DNA from: Calditrichales bacterium
GTDB lineage: Bacteria > Calditrichota > Calditrichia > Calditrichales > J004
Assembly: GCA_965267575.1 (NCBI GenBank)
Contig: OZ254086.1
Coordinates: 896,001 to 960,000, forward strand
Reading direction: 5' to 3'
Length of the DNA: 64,000 bases
Shown here: positions 18,927 through 28,654 of the stretch, piece after piece
How positions within the stretch are numbered: the first letter of the stretch is position 1
Layout of the letters: each line of letters begins with the position of its first letter
The notes under the pieces: generated by a model
Database searches by the model: none
What the model was told of the DNA's origin: nothing
Seen by the model: the letters and a program-made list of their open reading frames with translations, nothing else
Made by a program: the position numbers and the translations under genes

Positions 18927-21900
18927 TTATTTGATGACGGCGAATTTGCCGACTTTTTTGCCAATCCCCGGCGCATCCACGTGATAGATGTAAACACCAT
19001 AGGCCACATCCAGCTGATCCCTGCTCAGCAGGTCCCAATCCGCGGTACCATCGGTAACGGTGGACTCGTGATGGATCGTATCGACGAGTTCGCCTCGCAC
19101 ATTGTATATGCGGATGGTACACACTTTGGGCAGGTGGATAAAGTGAATGGCCCGTTCACCGCGCCCGCTGCTGAAGGTGTTTCGCGGCTCCCAGGCTGCG
19201 GCGGCAATGTAGGGGTTGGGTACAACTTTAATTTTGTCAAGATCGTCTTTTGCAAGCGTTTTGTCTTCTTCCGGACCTTCTGCCGTGAACTCAAAACGGT
19301 CATAGCTCAGGAAAGGTTTGTTAACCGGCAGGATGAGCACGTCACCGGCCTGCGGCAGGACTTTTGTGCTGTCCCATAATGACATGGTTACGCTATATGT
19401 TGGATCATAGCGATCTCTTAACTGATTATATTCAAAGAATATGACTATATCATTTCCGTCCAGAACGCCTTTTAAGCTGTCCGGCTCGGAGTTAACGTTG
19501 TTGTCCGGTCCGCGCTCAAGGACGTTAAATTCTACATATCTGTTTTCCGACGTGTTCTTGACGCGGAAATTGACCGGCGTTTTTCTGAAGCTGTTGGGCA
19601 CCAGGAAGTTGGAGCTGGTGTCTATACCCGCTTCGCCTACTTCAATCTGGTAACTGGCCGGATAGCGCACGCCCTGGAAAACACTGAGGCTGAGCACAGA
19701 CCATCCCGCGGGTGTCGGCTTCAGGATATTGCGCGTTGTGTCCGTCCATGTAACCTCCGTAGGTACAGGACCGGTAATCCAATCGTTGCGCAGGCGCAGT
19801 TTCACGCCATCAAATACGGTGGCGTCCACGTTAATATTTGTATTCAGAGGTACAACGGTATCACCCGTCGTCACATTGTACACATAAAAGCCATCCGTCG
19901 TACGCAGGAAGGTTGTATCGCTTGCTCCGCGAACGATGTACTTGTCCGTAAAGCCAACCTGATAGGTATTGCCGTCCTTTACCTCCAGCGGATCAATAAC
20001 CTCCAGGGAGACGCTGCCGCTGGCATCGCCATCAACGCGCTCCAGGCTTTCCATGGCATCGCCCGGCGGTACATATCCGGCAACCGGAGCTTCAGGCCGC
20101 ACCACTACCACATTCTGGCCCAGCTCAATTTCACCGGCCGTGTTGATGGCGGCAAATTTGGATGTTTCCGACGGCTGCAGAATGCGGCGCTCACCGGAGG
20201 TCGGATCTGTTGCGTTGATACCGCGGTCATAAGCGGTAACCGCGTAGAAATAGTTGAAACCGTTTTTAACCGTGGTGTCTACATAGGTGTGGCGCAATCC
20301 CGTATTATCTCCCAGGTAAAATACAGCGCCCGTCTGCGGATCAACCTCGGGGAAAAAGCCGCTGTCGGCGTTTACAATATCAAATTGCGCAACAGGCACG
20401 TCACTTATGCGGCTGCCAAACACGTTGGTAACAACACCCGTTTCATCCCAGGTGGGGAAGGTAGCGCGGTAGACTTTATACCCCTCAAAATCATTACCGT
20501 CACCGGTAACAACTTCCGAAAGCCTGTCATAACTCTGCTCGGAATTGCTGTCCCAATACAAGGTAACTTTGTTGTCACCCGCGGCAGCCCTAAGCTTGGG
20601 CAACTGGGGTGCTTTTGCAAAATTGTAATCGTTATTATAAATAAGCTGTACGGTATTCTTTGTGCGGAAAATTTCGTTTTCGTTATTACCAAAGAAGAAG
20701 GCCAGCGAGATGCGTTCGGTCTGGTTGACCTGAAGCGGGAAGTAAGCCGTTCCGTAGATAAAGTCCACGTCATCGTTCTGCAGTTCGTCGTCGAAGTAGC
20801 CGGGAAGCAGTGTTTCCCAAAGCTGGTCATCGTTGCGCAGGCGGATCAGGTTAAACGGCTTGAACAAATAGAAACTCGTCAAACCGATCTGGTCAGACTC
20901 GTCAATATCCGTTTTATCGATATTAGGCTCACCGGGAAGACCCGTGTCAACAAGATTACCTGTGCCATCGTCCTGGTAACCCGACGTGGGCAATCCATCA
21001 CCTTCGCCAAAGTCGTTTGTACCCGGTTGACCGTCCAGACCCACGTCATCAATCGAGGCGTTCCAGTCTCCATCATTATCAATACCGTCGGCACGGCTTT
21101 CATCTATAAGCGGATTGGTGCTGTTACCGCCGATAAAGTCTTTATAGGCCAAACCGATTTGCGGGTTTTCTTCATCTACCAGACCGTTGTTGTTGTTATC
21201 GATACCGTCCTGGATCTCTGTGTTTTCATCGATAAGACCGTTTAGGTTGTTATCAATATTATCATAGGGCTGTTCGTACAGCGTATCGCCGGGCTGGAAG
21301 GAATAAGTTTCATCATTTACGGTAAACGTGATGCCTTCGGCGGGAAAATCTACAACGCTGCGTGTAAAGAACGGTGAATCATAATCGATCGTAACTACCT
21401 GCTCGCCTGTCTGTATGACCCGCGGTAACAATAAATCTTCCGTGATTACCGCACTTCCATCAGTACCATCATTGTCATCATCAAAACCATTTACGCTATT
21501 GCCCGGGCTTTCCAGGAAGGCGTAACCCAGGTAAGCAACAGGTGTCCATCCCGTTCCGCCGATATTATCATTATCCCAGGAATAGGTGATGTTTTCTCGG
21601 GCATTAAAACGGGAGTTGTCATCGTTTGTATCACCGTCGCCGCCGATTGTAGTACCGACGATCATGCCAAAAACGGCTTTATCGTAATTGGTTGTACCGA
21701 TGTTAGTCACATCATAAAGCCAAAAGACTGTATTTTGAGCCAGGGTTTGCGACCACTGCAAACCACGGACATTGGCAAGCAAAGCCAAACCTCCGCGAGT
21801 CGTGTCATTGGCATCTGGGAAAAAGTCAAAACCACGAATAAACTCCTTATCGCGGTTGTCATCCATTGCCCAGTAGCTTTCCTGGTCGGCATTAAACTGG

Positions 21901-22412
21901 TCCTTGCCAAAAAAGCCGTTCCACTGTCCGGGCCAGCCGGGGTCGTTGGCATCGGTGCGTCTGTCGGGCCAGTCCGTGGGCCAGGTTCCCCGCTGATGGC
22001 TCATGGCAACGCCACTGTCGGAAGCGTTAAAACCGGGCAACGGCTCCCAGCCCCAGAAAAAGGTGGGATCATTGGGGTCAACATCGTTGCTGCCGCGCGG
22101 TCCGTCAGACACGGTCACGGGCGTAATGATCTGGCCGTCGGATAACTCAATTTCAGCACCTACCATGATGCTGATGTCGCCTACGTAAAAATGACCGCTG
22201 TTGATAGGCCATTCACCGCCAAAATCTTCAGCGGCATTTTCACGGCCAATAAGACCATAATTAAAAAAGGTTGTCCGTACCTGGTTGCCGCTGTGAACGT
22301 TTTTTTCACGATTATTGGGATGCCCTTTGAGGGTCTCGTAATACTGCGCGGAAACAAGGGCGGGCAAAATGGCGATTATGGCAGCCAGCCGAATAAGGTG
22401 TTTCAGTTTCAT
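18927..22412 (-). CDS. Large acidic secreted protein (1161 aa) with Ca-binding-like repeats, FN3 domain and variant CTD
   Basis: Signal peptide; DGIDNxxxG repeats; AGDNKVTLYWD..FEGYKVYR FN3-like segment; C-terminal IKVVPNPY...GVYIYHV...GKFAVIK. Confidence 0.8.
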   Translation of the reverse strand: MKLKHLIRLAAIIAILPALVSAQYYETLKGHPNNREKNVHSGNQVRTTFFNYGLIGRENAAEDFGGEWPINSGHFYVGDISIMVGAEIELSDGQIITPVTVSDGPRGSNDVDPNDPTFFWGWEPLPGFNASDSGVAMSHQRGTWPTDWPDRRTDANDPGWPGQWNGFFGKDQFNADQESYWAMDDNRDKEFIRGFDFFPDANDTTRGGLALLANVRGLQWSQTLAQNTVFWLYDVTNIGTTNYDKAVFGMIVGTTIGGDGDTNDDNSRFNARENITYSWDNDNIGGTGWTPVAYLGYAFLESPGNSVNGFDDDNDGTDGSAVITEDLLLPRVIQTGEQVVTIDYDSPFFTRSVVDFPAEGITFTVNDETYSFQPGDTLYEQPYDNIDNNLNGLIDENTEIQDGIDNNNNGLVDEENPQIGLAYKDFIGGNSTNPLIDESRADGIDNDGDWNASIDDVGLDGQPGTNDFGEGDGLPTSGYQDDGTGNLVDTGLPGEPNIDKTDIDESDQIGLTSFYLFKPFNLIRLRNDDQLWETLLPGYFDDELQNDDVDFIYGTAYFPLQVNQTERISLAFFFGNNENEIFRTKNTVQLIYNNDYNFAKAPQLPKLRAAAGDNKVTLYWDSNSEQSYDRLSEVVTGDGNDFEGYKVYRATFPTWDETGVVTNVFGSRISDVPVAQFDIVNADSGFFPEVDPQTGAVFYLGDNTGLRHTYVDTTVKNGFNYFYAVTAYDRGINATDPTSGERRILQPSETSKFAAINTAGEIELGQNVVVVRPEAPVAGYVPPGDAMESLERVDGDASGSVSLEVIDPLEVKDGNTYQVGFTDKYIVRGASDTTFLRTTDGFYVYNVTTGDTVVPLNTNINVDATVFDGVKLRLRNDWITGPVPTEVTWTDTTRNILKPTPAGWSVLSLSVFQGVRYPASYQIEVGEAGIDTSSNFLVPNSFRKTPVNFRVKNTSENRYVEFNVLERGPDNNVNSEPDSLKGVLDGNDIVIFFEYNQLRDRYDPTYSVTMSLWDSTKVLPQAGDVLILPVNKPFLSYDRFEFTAEGPEEDKTLAKDDLDKIKVVPNPYIAAAAWEPRNTFSSGRGERAIHFIHLPKVCTIRIYNVRGELVDTIHHESTVTDGTADWDLLSRDQLDVAYGVYIYHVDAPGIGKKVGKFAVIK

Positions 22413-22430
22413 ATCTGTTGTCTCTCGTTT

Positions 22431-25121
22431 TTAAAAGTCAAACGAAACGCCAAACTGTACGCGTCGCGGTTCGGTGTAAAAATCGGGCCGGACGATAAAG
22501 CGCGGATCGGCATCGGCGCCGCTCACGGCACTTTGCAGCGTATAGGTAGCGCGTCCGGTGTCGCCCCAAACAACTTGCTCATTACGCGCGTCCAGCAGAT
22601 TGTAAACTTTCAGGAAAAGCTGAAGCTTTGTCTCCTTATCAAAAAAGTCCAGCGGTATATCTTTAAACAGCTGCATATCCAGTGTTACCAGGTTGGGACG
22701 GCGTTCGCTGTTTTGCTGCAAACCGATGGAACCGGCACTTGTACTGGCCCCGCGCTGCGTGCCCTGTACCGGAGTCGGCGTATATGGCAGCCCGCTCTCA
22801 AAACGTCCCAGCAAACTCAGCCCCCAGGTACCGACACCCACATATATATTACCGTTCAACACGTGGCGGCGATCCCAATCCAACGGAATAATGCTTTTGC
22901 GCGGCTCACGATTAGACTGTATGTCATTGAAAGCATCGGTCGGGTTGGAAGCATTACCTTCAGCAACCTGCATGGTGTAGGAAACGTTGGCCGAGTAATA
23001 ATTGGAAAAACGCTTGTTAAGCGAGAACGTGATGCCGCGGACATTGGCATAATCACGGTTTTCATATTGCGAATAAAGGATATCCGGGCGGTAGGTTTCG
23101 ATCAGCGGCGAGGTGCTTACCCAGTTGCGCACGTCACGATAGAAGCCGGTGACGTCAACGCCGATATCATCCGTCATTTGCTGCTGCAGGCCTATCTCGT
23201 ACATGACCGTGCGCTGCGGCTTCAGATCGGCGTTACCCACCAGGTTGCCCTGGCCGCGCGTAACCTTAAAGCCCGGGTTGGCATAAAGCAGCTGAAATTC
23301 GGGAATCTGCGAAAAGTGGCCGTAAGAAGCATGGATAACGCCTCGCGCACTGATCGGAAACGCCATACCGATACGCGGCGAAACGCTGTATTTGGGATCG
23401 GCCTTCTCATACCAGATGTCTTCCAGCGAAGAGGGTGTATCATCCTGGTACTCTTCTCTCAACGGCGAGAAGCGGCTGGGATCCTGCGGATCGGCAAGCA
23501 CATTACCCTTGGAGTCGAAGTAGTCAAAACGCAAACCGATATTCAGAATAAAGTCGTCATACTCCACTTTGTCCTGGATATAAAAGGCAAACTCAATCGG
23601 CTCAAAGGTATACTGACCAAAATTGATATCTTCTACCGGGGGCCTTATCGGTGTATAAAGCGTGTCCGAAACATTGGAATCGATGATATTGAAATCTTCA
23701 AGATTCAGCTCGTAGCGGCGCGCTTCAAAACCTGTTTTGATAAGGTGCTTATCCGAAATCTGTGACGTAATATCAAACTTCACGATGTCATTCAGGGTAC
23801 TGCGGTTAAAATAATTTGTCTGCTGCCCGCCCTTGGAAAACTGAAAGGCCGAAACGGCAAACTCCTCCGAGGCATTGTCCACATAACGCGGATCGGAAGG
23901 GCTTTCATAAACATATTGTTCGAATTCTTTTTTGAAGCTGGCAAGCTTTAAGGTATAAAACGTGGTTACGTTGATCGTATGGTCAAATGTGAGCGAGCCG
24001 TTATAACCGGTCTGGAACTTTTGGAACTCAGCATCCGGATTGAATTTGTAAAAGTGATTGTAATCCTGCCACTCACGGTCTTCATAATTGAAGCCAAAGC
24101 GCAGCTTCATGCTGGGATTGATCTGGTAGGTCAGTTTATTCTGCGATGTATACCAGCGGTTCCAGTTCATCGCTACAAAAGAGCTGTCGCCCGGCGTACC
24201 ATCCGTGTTAAAAATGCGCTGGCCGTAGAGATAGCCGTCATCGTAACTGTTGCGAAAGTTGGTAAAAAAGGTCAGCCGGCCGTTTGTGAAAGGTACAGGG
24301 CCGCCAACATTTACTTTCCAGTCGTAAAGGTGGCTCGGAGAAACTTCATCTATGTTGGTAAAAAGGCCGTCATCGCTGGATATGTAATCGCCCGTGTAAG
24401 CGGAAACGGAACCTGAATATTTCTGGCCGCCGTCTTTGGTCACAATATTGATAATACCGGACATGGCCTGGCCGTATTCAGCATTAAAGGTTCCGCTGAT
24501 GACCTGCAAGCTCTGAACAGCATCGTTTTCAATTTCCACACCATTACTGCCATCAAAAGCATCGGTCACCGAAACGCCATCCACCCAAAAGGCAACCTCG
24601 GAAGAACGGCCCCCGCGGATATGAAAACCACCGCCGGCATCCCGCGTGATACCCGCCTGCAACTGCAACACATCCTCAAACTCTTCAACCGGTATATTCG
24701 CGATATCGTCTGCCGTCACTTCAGATTGAGATGAAGTCAGGTCCTTACGGATCATATCGCGATCGGCCACAACAACGATCGACTCATCCAGCTCCATGGC
24801 ATCTTCACGTAACTGTGCGTTTTGGCGCGTAGTAAAGTCAACGCTGACCCTTACACCTTCAACGCGTTTTTCCTGATATCCGATGTATTGGAAGACAAGG
24901 GTGTAAACACCCGGCGGGACGTTAAGAATAAGGTAATTACCTTCAAGGTCGGTTGTGGCACCGAGGAAAGTACCGTCTACAAGTACGTTTACTCCGATAA
25001 GCGGTTCACCTGTGCCGGCATCCTCTACGGAGCCAACGATTTTACCGGTCGTACCCGCGCTTGCACTAATGGGAATGAGCAGGCTTATTAATAAACAAGC
25101 CTTGATGATTTTTCGCACCAT
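22431..25121 (-). CDS. TonB-dependent receptor
   Basis: N-terminal carboxypeptidase-regulatory-like domain; plug HIRGGRSSE..VDGVS; SGTFNAEYGQAMSGIINIVTKDG; SPRIGMAFP; C-terminal Phe. Confidence 0.93.
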   Translation of the reverse strand: MVRKIIKACLLISLLIPISASAGTTGKIVGSVEDAGTGEPLIGVNVLVDGTFLGATTDLEGNYLILNVPPGVYTLVFQYIGYQEKRVEGVRVSVDFTTRQNAQLREDAMELDESIVVVADRDMIRKDLTSSQSEVTADDIANIPVEEFEDVLQLQAGITRDAGGGFHIRGGRSSEVAFWVDGVSVTDAFDGSNGVEIENDAVQSLQVISGTFNAEYGQAMSGIINIVTKDGGQKYSGSVSAYTGDYISSDDGLFTNIDEVSPSHLYDWKVNVGGPVPFTNGRLTFFTNFRNSYDDGYLYGQRIFNTDGTPGDSSFVAMNWNRWYTSQNKLTYQINPSMKLRFGFNYEDREWQDYNHFYKFNPDAEFQKFQTGYNGSLTFDHTINVTTFYTLKLASFKKEFEQYVYESPSDPRYVDNASEEFAVSAFQFSKGGQQTNYFNRSTLNDIVKFDITSQISDKHLIKTGFEARRYELNLEDFNIIDSNVSDTLYTPIRPPVEDINFGQYTFEPIEFAFYIQDKVEYDDFILNIGLRFDYFDSKGNVLADPQDPSRFSPLREEYQDDTPSSLEDIWYEKADPKYSVSPRIGMAFPISARGVIHASYGHFSQIPEFQLLYANPGFKVTRGQGNLVGNADLKPQRTVMYEIGLQQQMTDDIGVDVTGFYRDVRNWVSTSPLIETYRPDILYSQYENRDYANVRGITFSLNKRFSNYYSANVSYTMQVAEGNASNPTDAFNDIQSNREPRKSIIPLDWDRRHVLNGNIYVGVGTWGLSLLGRFESGLPYTPTPVQGTQRGASTSAGSIGLQQNSERRPNLVTLDMQLFKDIPLDFFDKETKLQLFLKVYNLLDARNEQVVWGDTGRATYTLQSAVSGADADPRFIVRPDFYTEPRRVQFGVSFDF

Positions 25122-25260
25122 GTCCAGAGAGCTCCCTTAGGCTTTTAAGATGTGTTTTTCCTTCCGGAGAAATTGGTCACCCAGTTTTGAGTTACTAATC
25201 TAATAAAAAGTCTAGCTGATAAAAATAAATTTTTAACTTTTTTACCTGGAATTGCTCCTT

Positions 25261-26631
25261 TTACCAGTTGTATTGCTCTCTGACGACTGTAACGATTCGT
25301 GGCACCCTTTGCTGTAAGGCTTGCGGGGAGAGGCCTTCAAGGAGCGCACTGGTATCAACACGGGCGGGATTTTCCTGTCGTATTTCGGCGAGGATATTTT
25401 TGCGGTATTGCCATTCTGTGGGGTTTGCCTCAGCGGCACTAGCCAGCAGGATGGATTTCTGGTATTCGTCAGCGAGAAGTTCGCGACGGTATTTGGTCAT
25501 TTCCTGGCGGAAGCGCGGTGATTCGTCTATACCCAGTTCGCGGGCTTTTTTTAACAGGTAGTGGTCGCGCACCATATCTATAATCTGCCGGGCCATTGCC
25601 GTTTCGGAAAGCACTTCAGGGCGTTTCAGCGGCGGCATCCATTGCAGTTTTTCCATCAGGTCGCCAACGGTCCAGATGCCGTCATCGTATTGAACCAGTT
25701 CCTGATTCATCAGCGCCTCTGCCTCGCTGCGGATCAGTCGTATCTCCCGGTCGCTGATAGTAGGCTCAATTATAAAACGCTGGCCTTCGCTTCGGTCTAC
25801 ATATTTGCGCACCTGCTCCGTAAACTGCTGTAACACGGCTGAAACAATCGTTACCGATTTACCTTTCATTACTTCCTTCACAAAAGCGGCGCTCTCTTTT
25901 GCCGCCCGGCGGTTTTGGACATCTTCAGCAAAGGTCGTGCTGTTGTTCTTGAAATAGTTGCGGTCCAGAAAAAGGTTTTGCTTAACATTCTCCACGCGCA
26001 TTACGTGCCAGCCTCTGGTCGAACGCAGCGGCCGGGAAATCTCGCCGACACGCAAATTATAGACCGGCTCTACCAGGTAAGGGTCCAGGTCACTGACGCG
26101 CAGATAGCCGAGATAACCGCCATTATTTGCCAACGACGTATCACGAAAAGCGCCGCGCGCCAGCGTTTGAAAAGTCTCGCCCGATTGCAGTTTTTTGTAA
26201 TAAGCGGCAGCCTGCTGGCTATCGGGGGCAAAGAGGTGGCGCAGTTCCACACTGATATTTTGACGCTTGTATTCTTCCCAGGCTTCCTCTTCGCTCACTT
26301 CAATCTGGCCCAGCACCTGTTCGCGGTAAAGCTGCTTAAGCATTTCGTTATCGCGGATGTATTGCAAACGCTTTTCAACATGCTGCATGGTGTCCAGCCC
26401 ATAGCGTTCGGCGGCCTGCGCCAGGTAAACGCGGTCAACCATGTGATCAATCTGCTGCAGGTAGGCGCTGCGCAGCGTACTGTTGTTGCGAAAGTCCGGG
26501 TAAAGTGTAAAACGTTCGATAAAGTGTTCGCGCGTTATCGTATCGTCATCCACCCGGGCCACCACATTGGGGTCATCCTTTGTGCCGCAGCCGGCCACAA
26601 CAATCATTAATAAAAACAAAAAATATTTCAT
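25261..26631 (-). CDS. Lipoprotein parvulin-type peptidyl-prolyl isomerase (PrsA/SurA-like)
   Basis: VAGC lipobox; VARVDDDTIT; RHL..GETFQTLAR..NGGYLGY..GEISRPLRSTRGWHVMRV. Confidence 0.85.
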   Translation of the reverse strand: MKYFLFLLMIVVAGCGTKDDPNVVARVDDDTITREHFIERFTLYPDFRNNSTLRSAYLQQIDHMVDRVYLAQAAERYGLDTMQHVEKRLQYIRDNEMLKQLYREQVLGQIEVSEEEAWEEYKRQNISVELRHLFAPDSQQAAAYYKKLQSGETFQTLARGAFRDTSLANNGGYLGYLRVSDLDPYLVEPVYNLRVGEISRPLRSTRGWHVMRVENVKQNLFLDRNYFKNNSTTFAEDVQNRRAAKESAAFVKEVMKGKSVTIVSAVLQQFTEQVRKYVDRSEGQRFIIEPTISDREIRLIRSEAEALMNQELVQYDDGIWTVGDLMEKLQWMPPLKRPEVLSETAMARQIIDMVRDHYLLKKARELGIDESPRFRQEMTKYRRELLADEYQKSILLASAAEANPTEWQYRKNILAEIRQENPARVDTSALLEGLSPQALQQRVPRIVTVVREQYNW

Positions 26632-28631
26632 TGCGGATTCTCTTGTTGCTCACGGTAAGTTACTATTTTTTGGCGCAGATTTCGGGCCTGGGTCAGGCTC
26701 GGCTCCAGGCCCAGCGCTTTATCTATCTCGCGGTTGGCGTCTTCAAAGCGCTTCAGGTTGGCGTAGCTCACGGCCTGCAGATAATGAATATTGGCTTTCT
26801 GGAAATCACTGAAATCGCCGGTTTTCATATCGCGGCTTAGCGCCAGGGCCAGGTATTTTACGGCATTGTCAAACTGCTTTGCGAAAACATAGGCCTGGCC
26901 CAGCTTGACCATCAGGTTGGCGTTGGAGGGATCGCGCTCAAGGGCGTGTTTATACCAGCGCGGCGCTTCGCGGAAGTCTTCCTGCAAAGCAGCCAGATCG
27001 CCCAGCTTCATGTGCGGAATATAGTTGTCATAAAAAGCCAGATTTACGGCACGCAATTCATCGAATGCTTTTTTATACTGTTTTTGCGATGTGTAGTATT
27101 CGGCCAGGTCATAATGGGCTTCGCTCCAGGAGATTTCATTTTTCAGGTGGCGGTAAGCCAGGTTTGCCGTTTGCGGGTCAACCGTTTTCGATGGCTTTAT
27201 TTCAAAAGCATCGCCGCCGCTTTTAAAGGGCCAACGGTTTGTTAAAAGCTGCACACGCAAATGGCCGAATTCAAGATCAAGATCCGTAACGCTGCCACGG
27301 GTTTTGCGGTAACCGCTTAAAATATCGTTAATGTTGGATTGTTTGAGCAGCCGCGCTTCGTACGCGATGGGTTTGGGCGGATTTAACACCTGCAGGCGCC
27401 GCATCACCTCAAAGAAGGTCTGAGCCATCAAGCGGTAACCGTCGAAATTGGGATGCAAGTGCTCATGGAACAGGGTGCCGCCGGCAATACCTTTGGGAGA
27501 GGCCGCCTCAAAAACAACGCCCATATCGGCCAGCGGTACGTTATGCTTTTCCGCAACAAAGCCGATGCGCGCGTTTATCGCTTCCGGAGCTCGAAAGCGC
27601 AGCATGTCATGTTCTTTGGCCCGAAGGAATGCTTCACGCGCAGCCAGGCTGTCATCCAGCATCAGCAATGTCTTGCCCATCTCGAAATGGACATTGGCTA
27701 CGGCAGAATCGTTTTGTGCCGTTTCACGCAACAGTTGCAAAGCATCATCCGTGTCACCGTCTTCGCGGACAGATAATGCCCTGAGATATTTTTCGCGCAC
27801 GGCCGGCGCGGAAAAGTCCGCCGAGACAAAGGGCCGCTGGTCCGCCAGGTTGCTGACGAGTGTGCTCAGGATAACCGTAACACTGTCGGACTTGGCCATC
27901 TGTACAATCGCCGAAAGGTTCTCTTCAAAGTTGCGCACACCGGCACGGAAAACCGCATCGTTCTTTTCGATGGTACGGTCTTCCGCCAGCCGCTGCATCA
28001 GCGACGCATTTGCCTCGGAATCCCCGAAAAGCCCAATGGCCCCGTGTATGATATCATTTAAAAGCTGATAAATGCGGTAACGCTTTAAAGCAAAATGGGC
28101 CCGTACAAGCGAGGGGTTTTGTGTAAATGATATGGAAGAGGCCGCCCCGTAAGCGCCGTAAAATTCATTATGCCCCATGTATATAACGATCACATCAGGA
28201 TCGGCCTGCAGCACCTCCGGCATCAGGTCGCGCACGGTGAAGCTGTTCACCGCCGAGATGCCCAGATTGACCACTTCAACATAATGATCCAGCAGAGCGT
28301 TGCGCAGGCGGTACTGCAGCTGAAAGGGGAAGGTGGCATTCACCTCGTAGGGAAAACCGGCCGTGGTGGAACCGCCTAAACAGATCACACGCAACGATTT
28401 TTCCTGGCGCTCAACGTCAAACAGTTCTTCCGCTGCTTCAGGAATAATGTCATCTTTCAGGTCAAAATAGCGCCTGGTTACTTCCCGGTTTACCTGCCAT
28501 TTTTCCTTACCGCCCAGTTCCGTTTTGACAAATAGCGGGTACTCGCCGCCATAACCGGCTACCCTTAAAAAAACTTCACCGATAACAAAAATCAGTACCA
28601 CCGTGACAAACGAAAAGAGAACGCGTTTCAT
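26628..28631 (-). CDS. Membrane-anchored SGNH/GDSL-fold protein with TPR repeats (paralog 1)
   Basis: N-terminal TM; CLGGSTTAG, NLGISA, YMGHNEF and EHLHPN; C-terminal TPRs. Confidence 0.85.
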   Translation of the reverse strand: MKRVLFSFVTVVLIFVIGEVFLRVAGYGGEYPLFVKTELGGKEKWQVNREVTRRYFDLKDDIIPEAAEELFDVERQEKSLRVICLGGSTTAGFPYEVNATFPFQLQYRLRNALLDHYVEVVNLGISAVNSFTVRDLMPEVLQADPDVIVIYMGHNEFYGAYGAASSISFTQNPSLVRAHFALKRYRIYQLLNDIIHGAIGLFGDSEANASLMQRLAEDRTIEKNDAVFRAGVRNFEENLSAIVQMAKSDSVTVILSTLVSNLADQRPFVSADFSAPAVREKYLRALSVREDGDTDDALQLLRETAQNDSAVANVHFEMGKTLLMLDDSLAAREAFLRAKEHDMLRFRAPEAINARIGFVAEKHNVPLADMGVVFEAASPKGIAGGTLFHEHLHPNFDGYRLMAQTFFEVMRRLQVLNPPKPIAYEARLLKQSNINDILSGYRKTRGSVTDLDLEFGHLRVQLLTNRWPFKSGGDAFEIKPSKTVDPQTANLAYRHLKNEISWSEAHYDLAEYYTSQKQYKKAFDELRAVNLAFYDNYIPHMKLGDLAALQEDFREAPRWYKHALERDPSNANLMVKLGQAYVFAKQFDNAVKYLALALSRDMKTGDFSDFQKANIHYLQAVSYANLKRFEDANREIDKALGLEPSLTQARNLRQKIVTYREQQENPQ

Positions 28632-28654
28632 GTATACTGTTATGCTCCGTAAGA

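Noticed and set aside
22191-23765. 524-aa plus-strand ORF
   Set aside because: Antisense shadow of the TonB-dependent receptor and the adjacent gene; no motifs.
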